Shown here: one piece after another, positions 40,281 to 54,850 of the stretch
How the letters are laid out: each line of letters begins with the position of its first letter
Numbering within the stretch: position 1 is the stretch's first letter
From: Vicugna vicugna
Taxonomy: Eukaryota
Assembly (NCBI GenBank): GCA_013265495.1
Contig: MU058531.1
Location: forward strand, 3,534,911-3,598,910
DNA: 64,000 bases
Reading direction: 5' to 3'
Notes under the pieces: model-generated
Database searches by the model: none
Told to the model about the DNA's origin: nothing
Seen by the model: only the letters and a program-made list of their open reading frames with translations
Position numbers and translations under genes: made by a program

Positions 40281-42964
40281 GTTCTGTGTGAGAATAGTGA
40301 CACTGTCACTGTACTTCTGATGACTGGAAAGAAACAAGTTAATATAAGCATTTGCATTTACTCAGAGTGAAAATGGAAAGCACTGTAATCTGAGTGCTTT
40401 TATTATTAATTAGGGATACACTGGAAACCTTCTCTTTGGAGATTGAAATCCTGTATCATCACTAATACACTATATGACTCTCAGTGTTATTTAACTCACT
40501 GTGTACAGCTGCCTAACTGTAACTTCTAAGGTTAAAAGGAACTTTCCCAAATGCGAAATAAACTCATACCTATAATTCTTCCAAACCAAATTTGTGGTGG
40601 CAGCAGCCCATAGGAGGCAGTTTCTCATAGTCTCGACTTAATCTGAATTTTTCATTAACCCTAAATTATCAGTAAATTTAACTTTAATGCTGAGGGTGGC
40701 AGCAGGGCTGGGCTGCAGGAGGTGGTGAGAAGAGATACAGGCATAACCAGAGTAGCACACTTGTGGAGGGAGAAGGCAGAGGTTGTTTGGAAATTGAGTC
40801 ATAAACCCTGCTACAAGGTGACCCTGTTGGTGGGATTGTCAAATGAGTTGTACAAGGTATTCAGTTTTTGTTATGCTTTTCTGTCTTTGGGGGAAAAATT
40901 ATCTTTTCTACCAGTGTCACAGAGCAAATAGAACTATTACTCAAATGACTGATTTCATGTTCTTTTTGCCATTCTGGCATGTTTCTGACAAGTAAAAATG
41001 TTTTGCCCTCTGTGATGTTAGCAGAGGCACATATCAGCCCCTTCTCTCCCCTTTCCCCACATCCATGCAGTATTTATGAATAGAAATCATATCCTAAATA
41101 ACTAACTCGATTAATTAATAAGCCCATTGGCCTGTATACACGATTATACTGCACAGCATGAAGCCAGTTTTAGTTAACTCATCTGAAATGGAAACCAAGA
41201 TACCTGCTTCCTGTCTGCTCCACAGGGAGCTCTCTGTGCCCTCAGCTGCTTGGAAGAGCTATTGTGAATACTGATTTTCAATTACAGTCATTTGTCGGCT
41301 TTCTAGAATCATGAAAATCATTCAACCTGGGCATAAACCAAAGTCTTTGAGCTCCATTACAATCACTGTCACAAAGCCTATGTGGTTTATTTGCTCCATT
41401 TGTTTCCTTCCCAATCTTATAGCACAAAGTAACTGAATTAACATCTAAGGTCTACTTAGTTTCTCATTTACCCTGGCAACCTTCAGTTTCTGCTGAAGGA
41501 GGTACCAGCTGAGACCATGAGCAATGGATGGGATGAGAAGAGGTGGGAGGTGCTACTGGAGCAGAGACAGAGGCAGTCTCCAGGAGCAGACGCAGTCCGA
41601 CGCAGTCCTACGCAGTTGCAAACTCAGCTACACCCCTCCTTTTTTCCCAGCCCATGTCCCTCCACCCCTGCGTGGAACTGAGTGTAAATGTGAAACAGCT
41701 CCAGATACCTCAGCGACTTCTGAAAACATACGTGATGTTCTTCCTCAGAACAATGAACTCCATAAGCTACCTAGGGAGATAGGCAACAGTCTTAAACACT
41801 CAAGATTTCTCTCTCTCTCTCTCTCTCTTTTTTTTTTTTTAAGTGAAAAAGATCAACGGACTGCTCATTTTCCCATCATATAGAGCAGTTCCCGAATTGA
41901 CTCAGGGAATATCAAGAAGATGCTAATTTGGTACTTGGAGAACAAAAGGTCAAATAGGCATCATGCTAAATGCCTCTCTTGGTGACTTATAATAGTCACA
42001 TTTAAGACTCTGAGAAGTCCAAGTACAAAAGAAACCCACTTAAATGTATCTATAAATTAAAGAAATGAATGAAAAATCCTGATTTCTTCCAGACTTCCAT
42101 TAACAGCCCTATAAGAGTATTTCTTAATCCCCAGTTTGGGAAGAACTTATGTAGAAAATAATTTTTCTGACATTGGAGTCCTCTTGTATGATGAAATGCA
42201 TGCACACTTTCAAACACAAGTATTTTAGTAGTAGTAAATTGATCTAATGGAAATAGTAACAGAAGATAAAGCAAAAGACAAGAAGAAATAGTAACATTTG
42301 TAATGAAGCCTAGGAATACAGGAAAGTAAAAGAAAGTAAACTACAGAGATTTGATGTGGAATATGGAGGAAAGACTGGTATCATCAGCTTTGGCTTAAAA
42401 GTTATCATAGACAGAGTTGAGAACCCATATATTTGGGAAGATCTGAGAAGCTGAGAAGGTTAAACAGGATTATCAATAAATTTTAGTTGCAAGCAACAGA
42501 AACAGATTCTGGCCATCTTCAAGGGAAAAAAGGGATTTTTTTGAAGGATTAGATTAGTTTAACAGTCTTCAAGATATCATATACAAAGATATGCCTAAAC
42601 GTAAAAGTGTATGAATATTTTTTAAGGAATCAATTTCTTAATCGTCAGCTTCCACAGGAACTGTTTTCTAAAACTGAGACTGTACTTCCACTCACAATAC
42701 TCCTTCTCCCAAGCTAAAAATAGAAGGTACATCTTTCATCCATCCCAAACAAGTTTATTGTTTTGTATAAAACGGAAGATTCATACTACATATTAGTTCC
42801 CAGAAAGTCTCCTTTAAAGATTAAACAAAGACATCCTGCCTTTTCCAGTCCTAAAATATTTCCATTAAAAGTAAAGGTTGGCCCATGTTGGGATGTTCTT
42901 AATTTAGAAAAACCAAAGCAGTAAAGGCTGATTCTTTTATATGTACATTATAATGGATCTATTA

Positions 42965-44140
42965 ATTTTTTTATTAAAGATTTTATTTTTTTAGAGCAGT
43001 TTTACACTAAGTTAGAAGGAAGGTACAGAGAATTCCTATAAACCTCTTGCCCACCACACATGCAGAGCCTCCCCGATCATCATCACTCACCAGAATGGTA
43101 CATTTTTTACAAAGGGTGAACCTACATTGACACATCATAATTACCCAAAGTCCATAGTTTACCTTAGAGTTCACTCTTGGTGTTGTACCTTCTGTGGATT
43201 TGTACAAATATACGATGGCATGCGGCCATCATTATCATATGGAGCATTTTCACTGCCCTAAAAATCCTCTGTGCTCTACCTGTTCATCCCTTCCCCGACC
43301 CCACCCTACTCTCCCTGAGGCCCCTGCAACCACTGGTCTTTTTATTGTCTCCATGGTTTTTCCTTTTTCAGAATGTCATACAGTTGGAATCATACAAAAT
43401 GTAGCCTTCTCAGATTGGCCTCTTTCATTTAGTAATATGCATTTAAGTTTCCTCCATGTCTTCTTGTGGCTTGATAGCTCATTTCTTTTTAGTGCTGAGT
43501 AATATTCCATTGTCTTAGTGGACCACAGTTTATTCATCCATTCACCTACTGAAGGATTTCTTAGTTGCCTCTAAGTTTTGGTAATTATGAATAAAGCTGC
43601 TACATCTTCAGGTTTTTGTGTGGACATAAGTTTTCAACTCACTTGGGTAAATACCGAGCAATGTGATTGCTAGATCGTAAGTAAAAGTATGTTTAATTTT
43701 GTAAAAAACCACCAAACTGCCTTCTGAAGTAGCTGTACCATTTTGCATTCCCACTAGTAATGGATGAGAGTTTGTTGCTCCACATCCTCACCAGCATTTG
43801 GTGTTGTCAGTGTTCTCAATTTTGGTGATTCTAATAGATGTGTAGTGGTATCGCATTTTATTTTGCAGTTGCCTAATGACATATGATGTGGAACATTTTT
43901 TCATATGCTTGTTTGTTATCTGTATATCTTCTTTGGTGACGTGTCTGTTAAGGTCTTTGGCCCGTTTTTTAAATCAGGTTGTTTGTTTTCCTATTGTTGA
44001 ATTTTAAGACTTCTTTGTATATTTTGGATAACAAACCTTTATCAGATGTTTCTTTTGCAGATCTTTTCTCCCCGTCTATGGCTGGTCTTCTAACTATCTT
44101 GACAATGTCTTTTGCGGAGCAGAACTTTTAAATTTGAATG
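42965..44140 (-). mobile_element. LINE-1 3' portion (L1MC-like)
   Basis: tttttagagcagtttt...acattgacacatcataattacccaaagtccatagttt...ctgtaccattttgcattcccact...cctcaccagcatttggtgttgtcag. Confidence 0.88.
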
Positions 44141-45167
44141 AGAGGATCTAATAAATGTTTAAAGATGCGTTAGTTAAAACCCATAGAAAAAAATTTTACA
44201 AGATTTCTTTCAGATTCGTAGTATGGTTAAAACCTATTTATGAAATTGTATCATGAAATGTTTATTCCACTTTGGCGTCATTTGTAGTGACTTGTTAACA
44301 GGGACTCTCTGCAGCAGGCCTACATCAAGTGGAATCATCTCCAGCCATTTTCATTCTCCAGGTCTCTGCATTCAGGATTCATTTTCCAGGGAGGGATAGT
44401 CTGATTGGCTTATTTGGATTCTGTGCCAACCATTGGTCAAGGAAGGATGTTCCACCTCGATTGAGAGACCCAAGACTGCATCCAGTGAAAAAGAAATAAA
44501 GCAAAATTGGAGTTTGGTTAGAGAAAAGAGAAATGATCCATGGACAGGCATAAATCACAGATACCCACAACGAAAGGTCACCAAAAGGTTTCATCAAGTA
44601 TCATTCAAAAGATCATCAAGTATCCAAGTTACTCAGCATCCTAGAGTCCATAACAGGATGTAGGAAGTGGGAAGTCATGACTTGAGTAATAAAATCAATT
44701 AATTTTAAAAGGTACCTTTTCTGCAGCCTGTGAAGTATCATCAATATTGTCTTTAATTCATATGTGACTTTTTACAGTTTTATTGACTGGCTTTCCTGAC
44801 TTATAGGGAGAATTGTTGACCACTGTTTACTTAGTGAATCCCTGCAGATACTCAGTGAATGTTACATGCAATTTCTTACAAGAAGTAGCTACTGTAAACC
44901 ATCACCTACCCACTCTTTGCTGCTCACAACGTCATAATATGCATGGAGTTCTGAGTCCCCTGGGCTCTCTACCCTTGGATATCAGTCACTCAAAAGGATG
45001 GCAGCTCAACTATTTGAGGTGCTCCCAGAGCTCTTCAAAGTGATCTGTATGTACTCCACCTACTCTCAATTCAGGTCAGCCTGTCCCAATCATCAAGCTA
45101 GGTGAAAATATACCTGGAGTGATGCAGTAACAAATAGAACTTGATTTTACTGATTTTACTTAAATTG

Positions 45168-45171
<4 letters not shown>

Positions 45172-45219
<48 letters not shown>
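45172..45219. repeat. (CA)n microsatellite
   Basis: Pure ac run visible directly. Confidence 0.95.
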
Positions 45220-45221
<2 letters not shown>

Positions 45222-45432
45222 TGCAAGTCCTCCAAAACCCTAATTTGCAAAGTTCATCTTAATGAATTTTCCTACAGTAATAATTCTGGAATGTAACCTC
45301 TGAAACTGGGAAGGGAGATTTTTTTTGTTAACCCCAGCTGAACATGGCCCTATTAAAGTACGTCTCTGAAACTCAGCGGGATGTGAGCAGGACAACAGAG
45401 GACTTGGTTAAGTCCCCAGCAGAGAGTCCTGA

Positions 45433-45807
<375 letters not shown>

Positions 45808-45954
45808 TAAACCCAATCATCTGGCTTATTCAGGGAAGCACATGGAGCCCTGGGTTCAGGCTCCAAGTTGGTGGGCAAGGAAGGCTAGACAGGAACAGGG
45901 ATCAGATTATGAAGGTCTTAGAGGACCAAACTTCTAGAACTCAATTTAAAATAT

Positions 45955-46380
45955 GTTATCAAGAGAAGCAACCTAGGCATCCATCCACAAAGAAAGGATG
46001 AAGACAAGGTGGTATATATATACAGTGGAATATTATTCAGCCTTAAAAAAGAGAGGGAACTCCTGTCATGGGCTATAACATGGGTGAACCTTAAGGACAT
46101 TATCCTAAGTGAAATAAACCAGTCACAAAAGGACAAATACTGCCTGGCTCCACTTATAGGTATGAGATACCTACAGTGGTCACTTAGAAAATAGAATGGT
46201 GGTCCCTACTGAGAGGAAGAAGAAAGGAGAGTTGTTCAGTGGGTGTAGAGTATCAGTTTTGCAAGAAGGAAAAGTTCTAGAGATCTCTCTGCACAAGGTA
46301 CAAATAGTTAGCTCTCTACCGTACACTTAAAAATGGTCAAGATGATAAATTTTACATTATATTTTAACCATGATAAATAT
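45955..46380 (+). mobile_element. LINE-1 3' portion (L1MB-like)
   Basis: tggaatattattcagccttaaaaa...aaccttaaggacattatcctaagtgaaataaaccagtcacaaaaggacaaatactg...gtacacttaaaaatggt. Confidence 0.85.
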
Positions 46381-46768
46381 GTATATGTATCACTATATAT
46401 TATACATTATTTATATTATCACCATAACACAATAATATATTTTCTTCATAGTTAGCTAGAAAAAGTCCCACTCTTTGCATACAGGAGGCTGTTGATACCT
46501 AAGTCGAACTCTGCTCCATAATTCTGTCTCTACAAAGATACCAGGGGTCTTATGCCCCCTCCCCAGAGGAGTGCTGCGTTATAGTGAAGAACAAATGGAA
46601 TAATATAACATAGGAATACCTGGTCGGCCTTCACACAGGTCTTTACTGGTTTCTCCAGGGGGAGGCAGTATTGAAAGAGGGTCAGTCAGAAAAGAGGGGG
46701 CTGCCTGAACTAAAGCAATGATGGAGAGAAATACAGAATGAGAAACATAGTGAGTTTTGTGTCCCCAG

Positions 46769-46886
46769 GGTGAGAGTGGAGAGGCCACCGACGATGAGAT
46801 GGGCACCCGGAAAGCCAAGACACACAAAGAGTGTCGGAGCCGGAGTGGTTCTGATCCTCAAGACATTAATGAACAAGAAGAATCAG
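46769..46886 (+). CDS. PLCE1: PLCE1 coding exon (probable exon 10); 118 bp
   Basis: ccccag|GGTGAG...ATCAG|gtaaag; encodes [39 protein letters not shown]. Confidence 0.95.
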
Positions 46887-48350
46887 GTAAAGCAGCATAT
46901 CCACATCTGAGATTTCTTTTTTTATGTTATGGGAAAAATATATGCATTTCGTTTTAAATTGTGATGTAGGTATTGTGTAATATATTATGTAAGTAATCTT
47001 GTTAAATACACTTACCTGTGTTTTTAAGTGGATGATGGAAGCCAAGAGGTATTTCTGCAGACACAGGTTTGCAAAAACAAGTGTGCTTAGTAGAAAAGTC
47101 TCATTCACTTACTTGCTGTTATTGACAAGGAATATTAGACATAGAAGATACAATTTGATGGATTAAATCAGAGATTCTTAACCCCTGGTTGGATATTAGG
47201 GCTTTAAAAAAGATCTGGATTCCCTGGCCACATCCCAGCCCAACTGATTCAGATGCTCTCTGGCTGGGACCTAGACATCTATGTACTTTTTAAGCTCCCC
47301 AGATTATCCACTTAACAACTTATGGTAGGGCTAGAAGTAATTGTTACTCTTGTTTGCTCAACTTAAATCTTGTGTTCTCTCCATGTGGAATAGTATAAAA
47401 TTTAGAAACACTCATAGGTATTATTGTGAAAAGGTCCTTATAAAATAATGCCAGATGAAAAGAAAATTGAATAGGATATAGCACATGGTGTGTTACTATT
47501 TTGTGAACCATCAGTATGTGTGAGTCAGAATCAGCTATAATATTAACTTGTATTATAATAGCACTGCATTTTTGCTTTCTTTACATTGAAATCATGAATA
47601 CAGTACGATTTTAAAATTCTAGGCATGTAATTACATATGGCTTGTGACCTGACTGGCACTCACTGGGTAGAATATTTTTATAAGTTCTATTGCTTAGAAA
47701 TTAGCCATAGTTATTATCATAACTTCAGATAAAATTGATTTCTTGAAGTATGTACACAGTTGAGTTTGTGTGGTGTTTCTTTTTTTTTAAAAAAAGGAAA
47801 GTGAGCAAGAGAGAAATAACCATAGTTTATTTGCCACCAATTTCTTTCAAATTTTCAACTATTGTAGTTTTATCGTAAGCAGAAGCTAAACTGCATATAT
47901 AAGCATCATAGACAAAAAAATTAGTACTTATTTTGTATTATTGTCAGCCTAAAGTACATATCCCAGGAAGGGAGATCATAGCCAACTGTTATTACTATTG
48001 AATTTGGTTTTGGTTTTTTAATTTTTAATTTTTGATGCTTAACATAGGTTGGGATCTTTAGGAAGGAAAAATTTTGAAATGATCATCAATAATACTTCAA
48101 ATTAGAAATATTTTATTTAATTTTCTGAGATTAAATACAGTTGTTTTAATTATGTGTGTGTATATATATATATGATGACTCTGATAGGTTACCTAGGATG
48201 AGAACCCACCAGAATATTTCGATGCTTCTTGTACAGAACTTGCCCGTGTAGATTGAGTTCCTCAGACATTCAAAAGCATCTTTTTAATTTGATTTCTGAT
48301 AGAAAATAAAATTGGAGTCATTGTCTCTTTTCTGTCTCCCTCTGTCACAG

Positions 48351-48507
48351 AGGCAAACGCCACCATGAGCCCTCCTAACCTTCTCCCTTCCAGAAGAGCC
48401 CACTCTTTGACCACGGCCGGGTCCCCTAACTTGGCTGCCGGGACATCATCTCCCATCAGGCCAGTGTCCTCCCCTGTGCTGTCTTCTTCAAACAAGAGCC
48501 CGTCCAG
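48351..48507 (+). CDS. PLCE1: PLCE1 coding exon (probable exon 11), Ser/Pro-rich linker; 157 bp
   Basis: tcacag|AGGCAA...TCCAG|gtgggg; encodes [52 protein letters not shown]. Confidence 0.94.
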
Positions 48508-48799
48508 GTGGGGCCTTAACATGATAAAACAGAAGGACACTTCACATCATTCAGATTGTGTAGAAGGGTGTCTTCTTCCAGTGCTCTTTGGAAAGACTGT
48601 CTACTTTTGAGTTAACAATCACATTAAAACTAAAAAACCCAGCTTTTTAAAATGCTCCTAACTTTCCTGATTTGGTACTCCTACCGTCTCATATTACTAT
48701 AATTGCTTCCAAGTTTTTGACAGACCAACCCTTCAGAGGTCAGTAGCAGTAATAAAACCTGAGCTGTGAGTCTGTAATCTGAACTGTCTAATGTATATA

Positions 48800-49013
48800 C
48801 AGTGCTGGCCGTAGAAAATGAAATTTAAGGTGGCTATTTAAATTCAAATTTAAATTAATAATTAAAATCAAATAAAATTTAAAATTCAGTTCCCCAGTCA
48901 CACTAGCCACATTAAAAGTGTTCCACAGCTAACAGTGGCTTTTGGCTGCTGTACTGAACTGTGCAGATAAAGAACATTTCTATCACTGTAGAAAGTTCTG
49001 TTGGATAACACTG
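48800..49013. mobile_element. MER3/MER33-like hAT-Charlie MITE
   Basis: aaaattcagttccccagtcacactagccacatt...gaacatttctatcactgtagaaagttctgttggataacactg; cagtg...cactg termini. Confidence 0.75.
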
Positions 49014-51133
49014 CTCTAAATGAAGAATAAATAAAATTTTAATGTAAGCAGCTTGACCCTTTGCTAATGGTCAAAATATATTTAACACTTTTATCACGTA
49101 TAAGATAATATATAGAGAAATGGAGAAATGAATTATTACAGCAAGTTGGGGATATTTAGGTATAATTCTAAAACTGGTATTGTCGTAAATTATTTTATAA
49201 GGTACATGCAAATTATAGATTTGAAACAACAGCTGCTCTCCCAAAAGAAATAATATTAAAATGAAACCCTTTCAAAGGAATCAGAATGCCATACCATCTC
49301 CCTCAACCCAACACTCAAGTTAAAGAAATGCTAAGGTTCTAGACAGACCCATGATAAGACAGACACTCTTTACTTCGTCAAGCAGACGAATGGGAGGAGG
49401 AAACGGGTCTATACAGATACTGACTTTAGAAACGTTAATTTCACTTACGTAAACACACACGCTACACACGCAGTCTGTCTCGCTCTGCCTCCCTCCCTGT
49501 CTGCCTCTCCTCTGGGAAGCCTGCTATAGATAAGAACCTACAGTAAACAGTCTTTTTAACTGGAAGCATCCTTTCGCAATGTGAATAATGAATATAATTT
49601 CCACACTTGGTGAAACTGGGTCACAGACACATGGGAATTCTTTTTACCACTCTTGCAACTCTTCTGTAAATTTAGGTTTGTAACAAAATTAAAAGCTACC
49701 AAGAATCAGAGTTCTTTACAGTGTGTTTCAGCCTATACAGTGTCGGGGTAGATAGCCAGAATACTTGGATTAAGCATCTTTTCCCTTTATTTCAATCACT
49801 CAGAAGCGGGAAAAGGAAGGACAAGGTAAGGGAGGAAAATCCTTTCAAAAGGTAGAAGTAGAGAAACTAGCATGCCAGATACAAGATCGCAGGACCCCGC
49901 GGCAGGAGGACAGGGGGCTGTGCCCACCAGATGTTCTAAACCAGAGAGGACAAGGCAGGAGAAGAGAAGTCAACCCAAATGCTTGTCAAAGAGAAAGCAA
50001 GACAGCCCTAGGCAGGGAACCAGTGGACAGTTTCCTAAAGTCAGAGGGCATTGGGTGCCTACAGACAGTGGCTGAACTTAGAACCAGAAGGAAGACAAGC
50101 AGGGAACGTACTTGTTTAAAGGCAAGTAATACGTCACATTGTCATCAGACCTTTCCTTCTTCCTGAACGTCCACCCTATTTCTCATACCACACTGGGGAT
50201 CACAGCCCAAGCCAACAAAGTACTATGAATCTATCTATTTATAATAGTCCTCTGTTAATGGGGGTGACCTTCAGATGTTAACACAAAATAATTTTATATA
50301 ATAAACGTTGTTAGCAGAACTGAGAAAAAACTAGCTATTCATTACAATATTCTCTCTACTTTCATATATATTTGAAATATTTTAAAAATAAAAAATAAAA
50401 TAAAGGACAAAAACGAAAACGAAAAAAAAAAAGATCCTGTTCATTGATTTGACTAAAAACCAGTCAAAACATTTCTCATACTCTCCTCCCAGGGAACCAG
50501 TGTAGAAAATTTAAAATGTTGTGAAACAGCTAGACTGAAGTTTTAACCCAGTTGACTGATATTTTTATATTAAATAGATACAGTCTTGGCAGGTGCAAAT
50601 ATAATTCTAGGCAGAGTTGGCCTCTTTCCATCCTTAATATTTTTGTGACTCACATTTTCCATTAATATTAAAAGCCCTTCCTTGTTTTCATTTAAGAACT
50701 GGTTAAGAAAAGAAAAAGAGAAGACACTGATACATTCAAGATTTTCTTCTTAAATGCATTTCTGTAATTTAGAATATAGGAAAGAACATGCATAATTTAC
50801 CATAGGTCACGATTTAGTCATTTGGAGCTCTTTTTTTAAACAACTTTTCTTCAAAACCGCTGAATTTATGTGGTTTTTCTTCCCTCCCATTGACCTGTGA
50901 TTTCAAAGAACTGTTTTGATTAGCAGAGGAATATTAACGTCAACCTTGTGCCCTTATTAGATAGGCTGTAAACATTAAGTAGTTTCAGTGTAAAATGTTT
51001 TATCTCCTCTGACACAATACAGATTAATTTTGAGAGAAATGAGAGTCTGGAAAAGAAGCTAAACCTTTAATGACTCGTGGTCCATCTTTGTGCTCATATT
51101 GCTAATCAGAAACTGTCTCTCGGGGCAGAATGA

Positions 51134-51322
<189 letters not shown>

Positions 51323-51394
51323 TAGCCTTTCTCTTCTTGCCCCACCCTTGTCATAACAATACTAAAGGTGAGGTGTTCTCCATCCTTTGCCCAG

Positions 51395-51531
51395 TGTGAG
51401 GAGCCGCAAGGACCTGAAGGATCTCTTTGATGTCTACGCTGTCCCCTGCGACCGAGCTGGCTCCGAGTCAGCCCCACTCTACACCAACCTGACCATTGAT
51501 GAAAACACCAGTGGACTTCAGCCTGACCTCG
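51395..51531 (+). CDS. PLCE1: PLCE1 coding exon (probable exon 13); 137 bp, after a 91-bp intron
   Basis: gcccag|TGTGAG...CCTCG|gtttgt; encodes [45 protein letters not shown]. Confidence 0.95.
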
Positions 51532-52016
51532 GTTTGTGTGACAATTTAATACTTCCCTTTGAGACCTTTTTATCTGAAAATGAGGGTTAGAGATCCAATC
51601 ACGCAAGCCTTCAGCCTGTCCCACATGTCATGCTGCTTCCTGGAGCACGGTGAAGTGCTTAGAGAAACATTTGAAAGTGTCCTAGGGATGGGTACTGTTG
51701 GCATTTTGGATAAGGAAATACATCATTGTCCATGGATTCCAGAATATTTAACCAATGGAGGCTCCCAGTTATTCTAACGGAAAAAAAACCCTTTCCTTCC
51801 CATTTCCACATGTCCATAAGATATGTGGTGCATTTCAATTGGGAATCACCAGTCTCTTCCCTACCTATAGGCAGGTGGATGCTCAGCCCCAGGATGAGAG
51901 TTATCTGCCCTTTGACGAGAGGAGTCTTTTGTGACTTCAGCAGAGCACTCCTATCTGAATGGCCAGGACACTTTTCTTAATATGTAAACCAGAATGTCTA
52001 GCTCCTTTACCTCACT

Positions 52017-52060
52017 CACTACCACCACCACCACCACCACCACCACCACCATCATTACCA
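52017..52060. repeat. (CAC)n trinucleotide repeat
   Basis: accaccacc... run visible directly. Confidence 0.9.
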
Positions 52061-52289
52061 TCAACACCCACGTATTTTAAGCCTATTACTTTTCCCTTAT
52101 GTTCTTACTGGAAACTATAAACACTAAAAAGCAAAAAAACAAAAACAAAAACAAAAACAAACCTGTTCTCTTTCATGTATTTGCCTTTTAACTATTTAAA
52201 AATATATTAAGCTAAGAATATTAACCTTTTTCAACATCAGCCATAAATATGTGTAACCATGGAATAGTGAAGTAGCTACACTTTTTAAA

Positions 52290-53271
52290 AAAATTAATAG
52301 CCTTTTTTTAGAACAGTTTTAGATTTACAGAAAAGTGAGTGGAAAGTACAGTTCCCATCTACCCTCCACACACACACAGACACAGTTTCCCCTATTTAGT
52401 AATGTCTTGCATTCACGTGGTATATTCATTACAGTTGAGCCAATATTGATACATTATTATTAACTGGAGTCCTTAATTTACATTAGTGTTCACTCTGTTG
52501 TACATTCTGTAGGTTTTAATCAAAGTCTAATGACATGTATTTACTGTTACCATAGTAATACAGAATAGTTCCACTGCCCGAACAATCTCCTGTACACCAC
52601 CTTTCCATTGTTCCCACTCTCCTTCTGAACCCCTGGCAATCACTGGTCTTTTTCCTGATTCCATAGTTTTGTCCTTCCCAGAATGTCATATGGTTGGAAT
52701 CATACAGTATGTAGCCTTTTCACACTAGCTCTTTTCACTGAGCAATATTTAAGGTTCCTTGATGTCTTCTTATGGCTTCAGAGATCATTTATTTTTATTG
52801 CTGAATATTTCATTGCATGGGTGTATCACAGTTTGTTTATCCATTCGCCTATTGAAGAATGTCTTTGTTGCTTCCAAGTTTTAGCAAGTATGAATAAAGC
52901 TGCCATAAGTGTTTGGTGTACAGTTGTTTTGTGTGGATGTAAGTTTTCAACTATTTTGTGTAAACACCTAGAAACGCAATTACTGAATCCTGTGTAAGTC
53001 TATCTTTAGCTCTGTAAGAAACTTGACAGACTGTTCTCCAAAGTGGCCGGAATTAAAATGAGTGGCCATACCAAATGTGGGTACAAATGTGGAGTGATTA
53101 AGGCATTGCTAGTGGGAACATAAAATGGTACAGCCACTTCAGAAGAGGATTTGGCATTTCTTACAAAACTAAATGTATTCTTATCATATGATCCAGCAGT
53201 TGTATTCCTTGGCATTTACTCGGATGAGTTGAAAACTTATGTTCACACAGAAACCTACACATAAATGTTTA
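52290..53271 (-). mobile_element. L1MC-like element with inverted 5' segment (53050-53271 on + strand)
   Basis: Antisense 3' end (tttagaacagttttagatttacagaaaag...) to about 53047, then sense-oriented L1 text; degenerate TSD at 52273-52289 and 53272-53287. Confidence 0.8.
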
Positions 53272-53641
53272 TAGTTACACGTTTAAAGTATAGGAAAACT
53301 GTAATCTTAAAGGTACATCTTCCATGTCTGCAAACATAAAAATGTAGAAGTAGTTATCCTCAAAAACCAAAGTCTGAATTCAGCCTGAAGTCCCCAGTTG
53401 AATTTACATTTAGTTTCCATCTAATACTAAAGCTTGTGGACTTTCAAGATCATTGACCTAGCTCTCTCTTAATTTCTTTTATTTAATCATTGATTTATTT
53501 TCTATTCCTTCAACTATGTGAAGCCAGGAAGAAGCACTGACTTTGATGGCTTGTTTAGACGTATTAGTGAAGAGTTTCTCCAGCTTAACAGTTCCACACC
53601 ACCACTGTCTCCTAAATGAACTGTGTGAAAGATGCTGGTGA

Positions 53642-53995
<354 letters not shown>

Positions 53996-54189
53996 TAACA
54001 CCTTTAAGACAGGGGCAGAAATAAAGAGTTTTTTTTTAATACCAAATATATAAGTGTTCTGATTTAACATGTAATTAACACAGGTCCTGAGCCTTCTCTT
54101 ATTCAGTGACCACTACAGCGAATCAGTACATGGTCGCTTCTTGTTATTCTAGCACATGGAAGAGAATTAACAGCTTGTCCACCACTTTG

Positions 54190-54850
54190 ATTATTTAACA
54201 AATGTGTATTAGCTCCTACTCTGGGCCTGGCTCTGCTCTAGCACCTGGGGTGATAGTACTAAATAGGGTCAAGTTCTGACCTTCAAAGCAGTTTACATTC
54301 CAGTGGGTGAGGCAGACAATAAACGAATTAAGAGATCATGCGATTTCGGGAAACAAGGGGCTCTGAAAAAATTGAGCAGAGTGAGGGGATGGAGTGATGC
54401 AGGGGTGCTGAGGGGTAAACAAAGGTGACACTTGGGCTGAGCCCTGAATGAATACACCACAAGAAGGTTTCAGGAAAGAACATTCCAGACGGAGTAGCAT
54501 GCAAGAGCACGCTCAGAGTTGGTGAGGAACAGCAAAAGGGCTGGTGTAACGGGAGCTGTGTAAACCAGTGGGGCAGCAGCAGACAGGATTTCAGACAGGT
54601 GGGCAGAGCCGAAGCATCAAGGCGTTTTAGGTCATGGTGAGGAGTTTGGCTTGAGACCATGTGAGATGGACTGGCTACTGGAAATTTTTGAGCAGGGGAG
54701 TTATATGATGTATGTTTTGAGGAGGTCACTCTGGCCCACCTGGAGTATAAATTGTGCTAGGGAAGGAGCGGAAGCGGAGAGACTGGATAGGAGGCTGTGA
54801 CAGTAACCCAGGCAGGAGATGGTGGGGCTTCTGTTAGAGGGCGGCCAGGA
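54190..54850 (-). mobile_element. LINE-2 (L2a-like) 3' portion
   Basis: atttaacaaatgtgtattagctcctact...tacattccagtggg...ggaaatttttgagcagggga...ggaggtcactctggc. Confidence 0.8.

Noticed and set aside
44433..44663. Purine-rich 76-aa ORF as a cassette exon
   Set aside because: No convincing splice sites, partly LTR-like sequence, and the flanking exons already join in frame.
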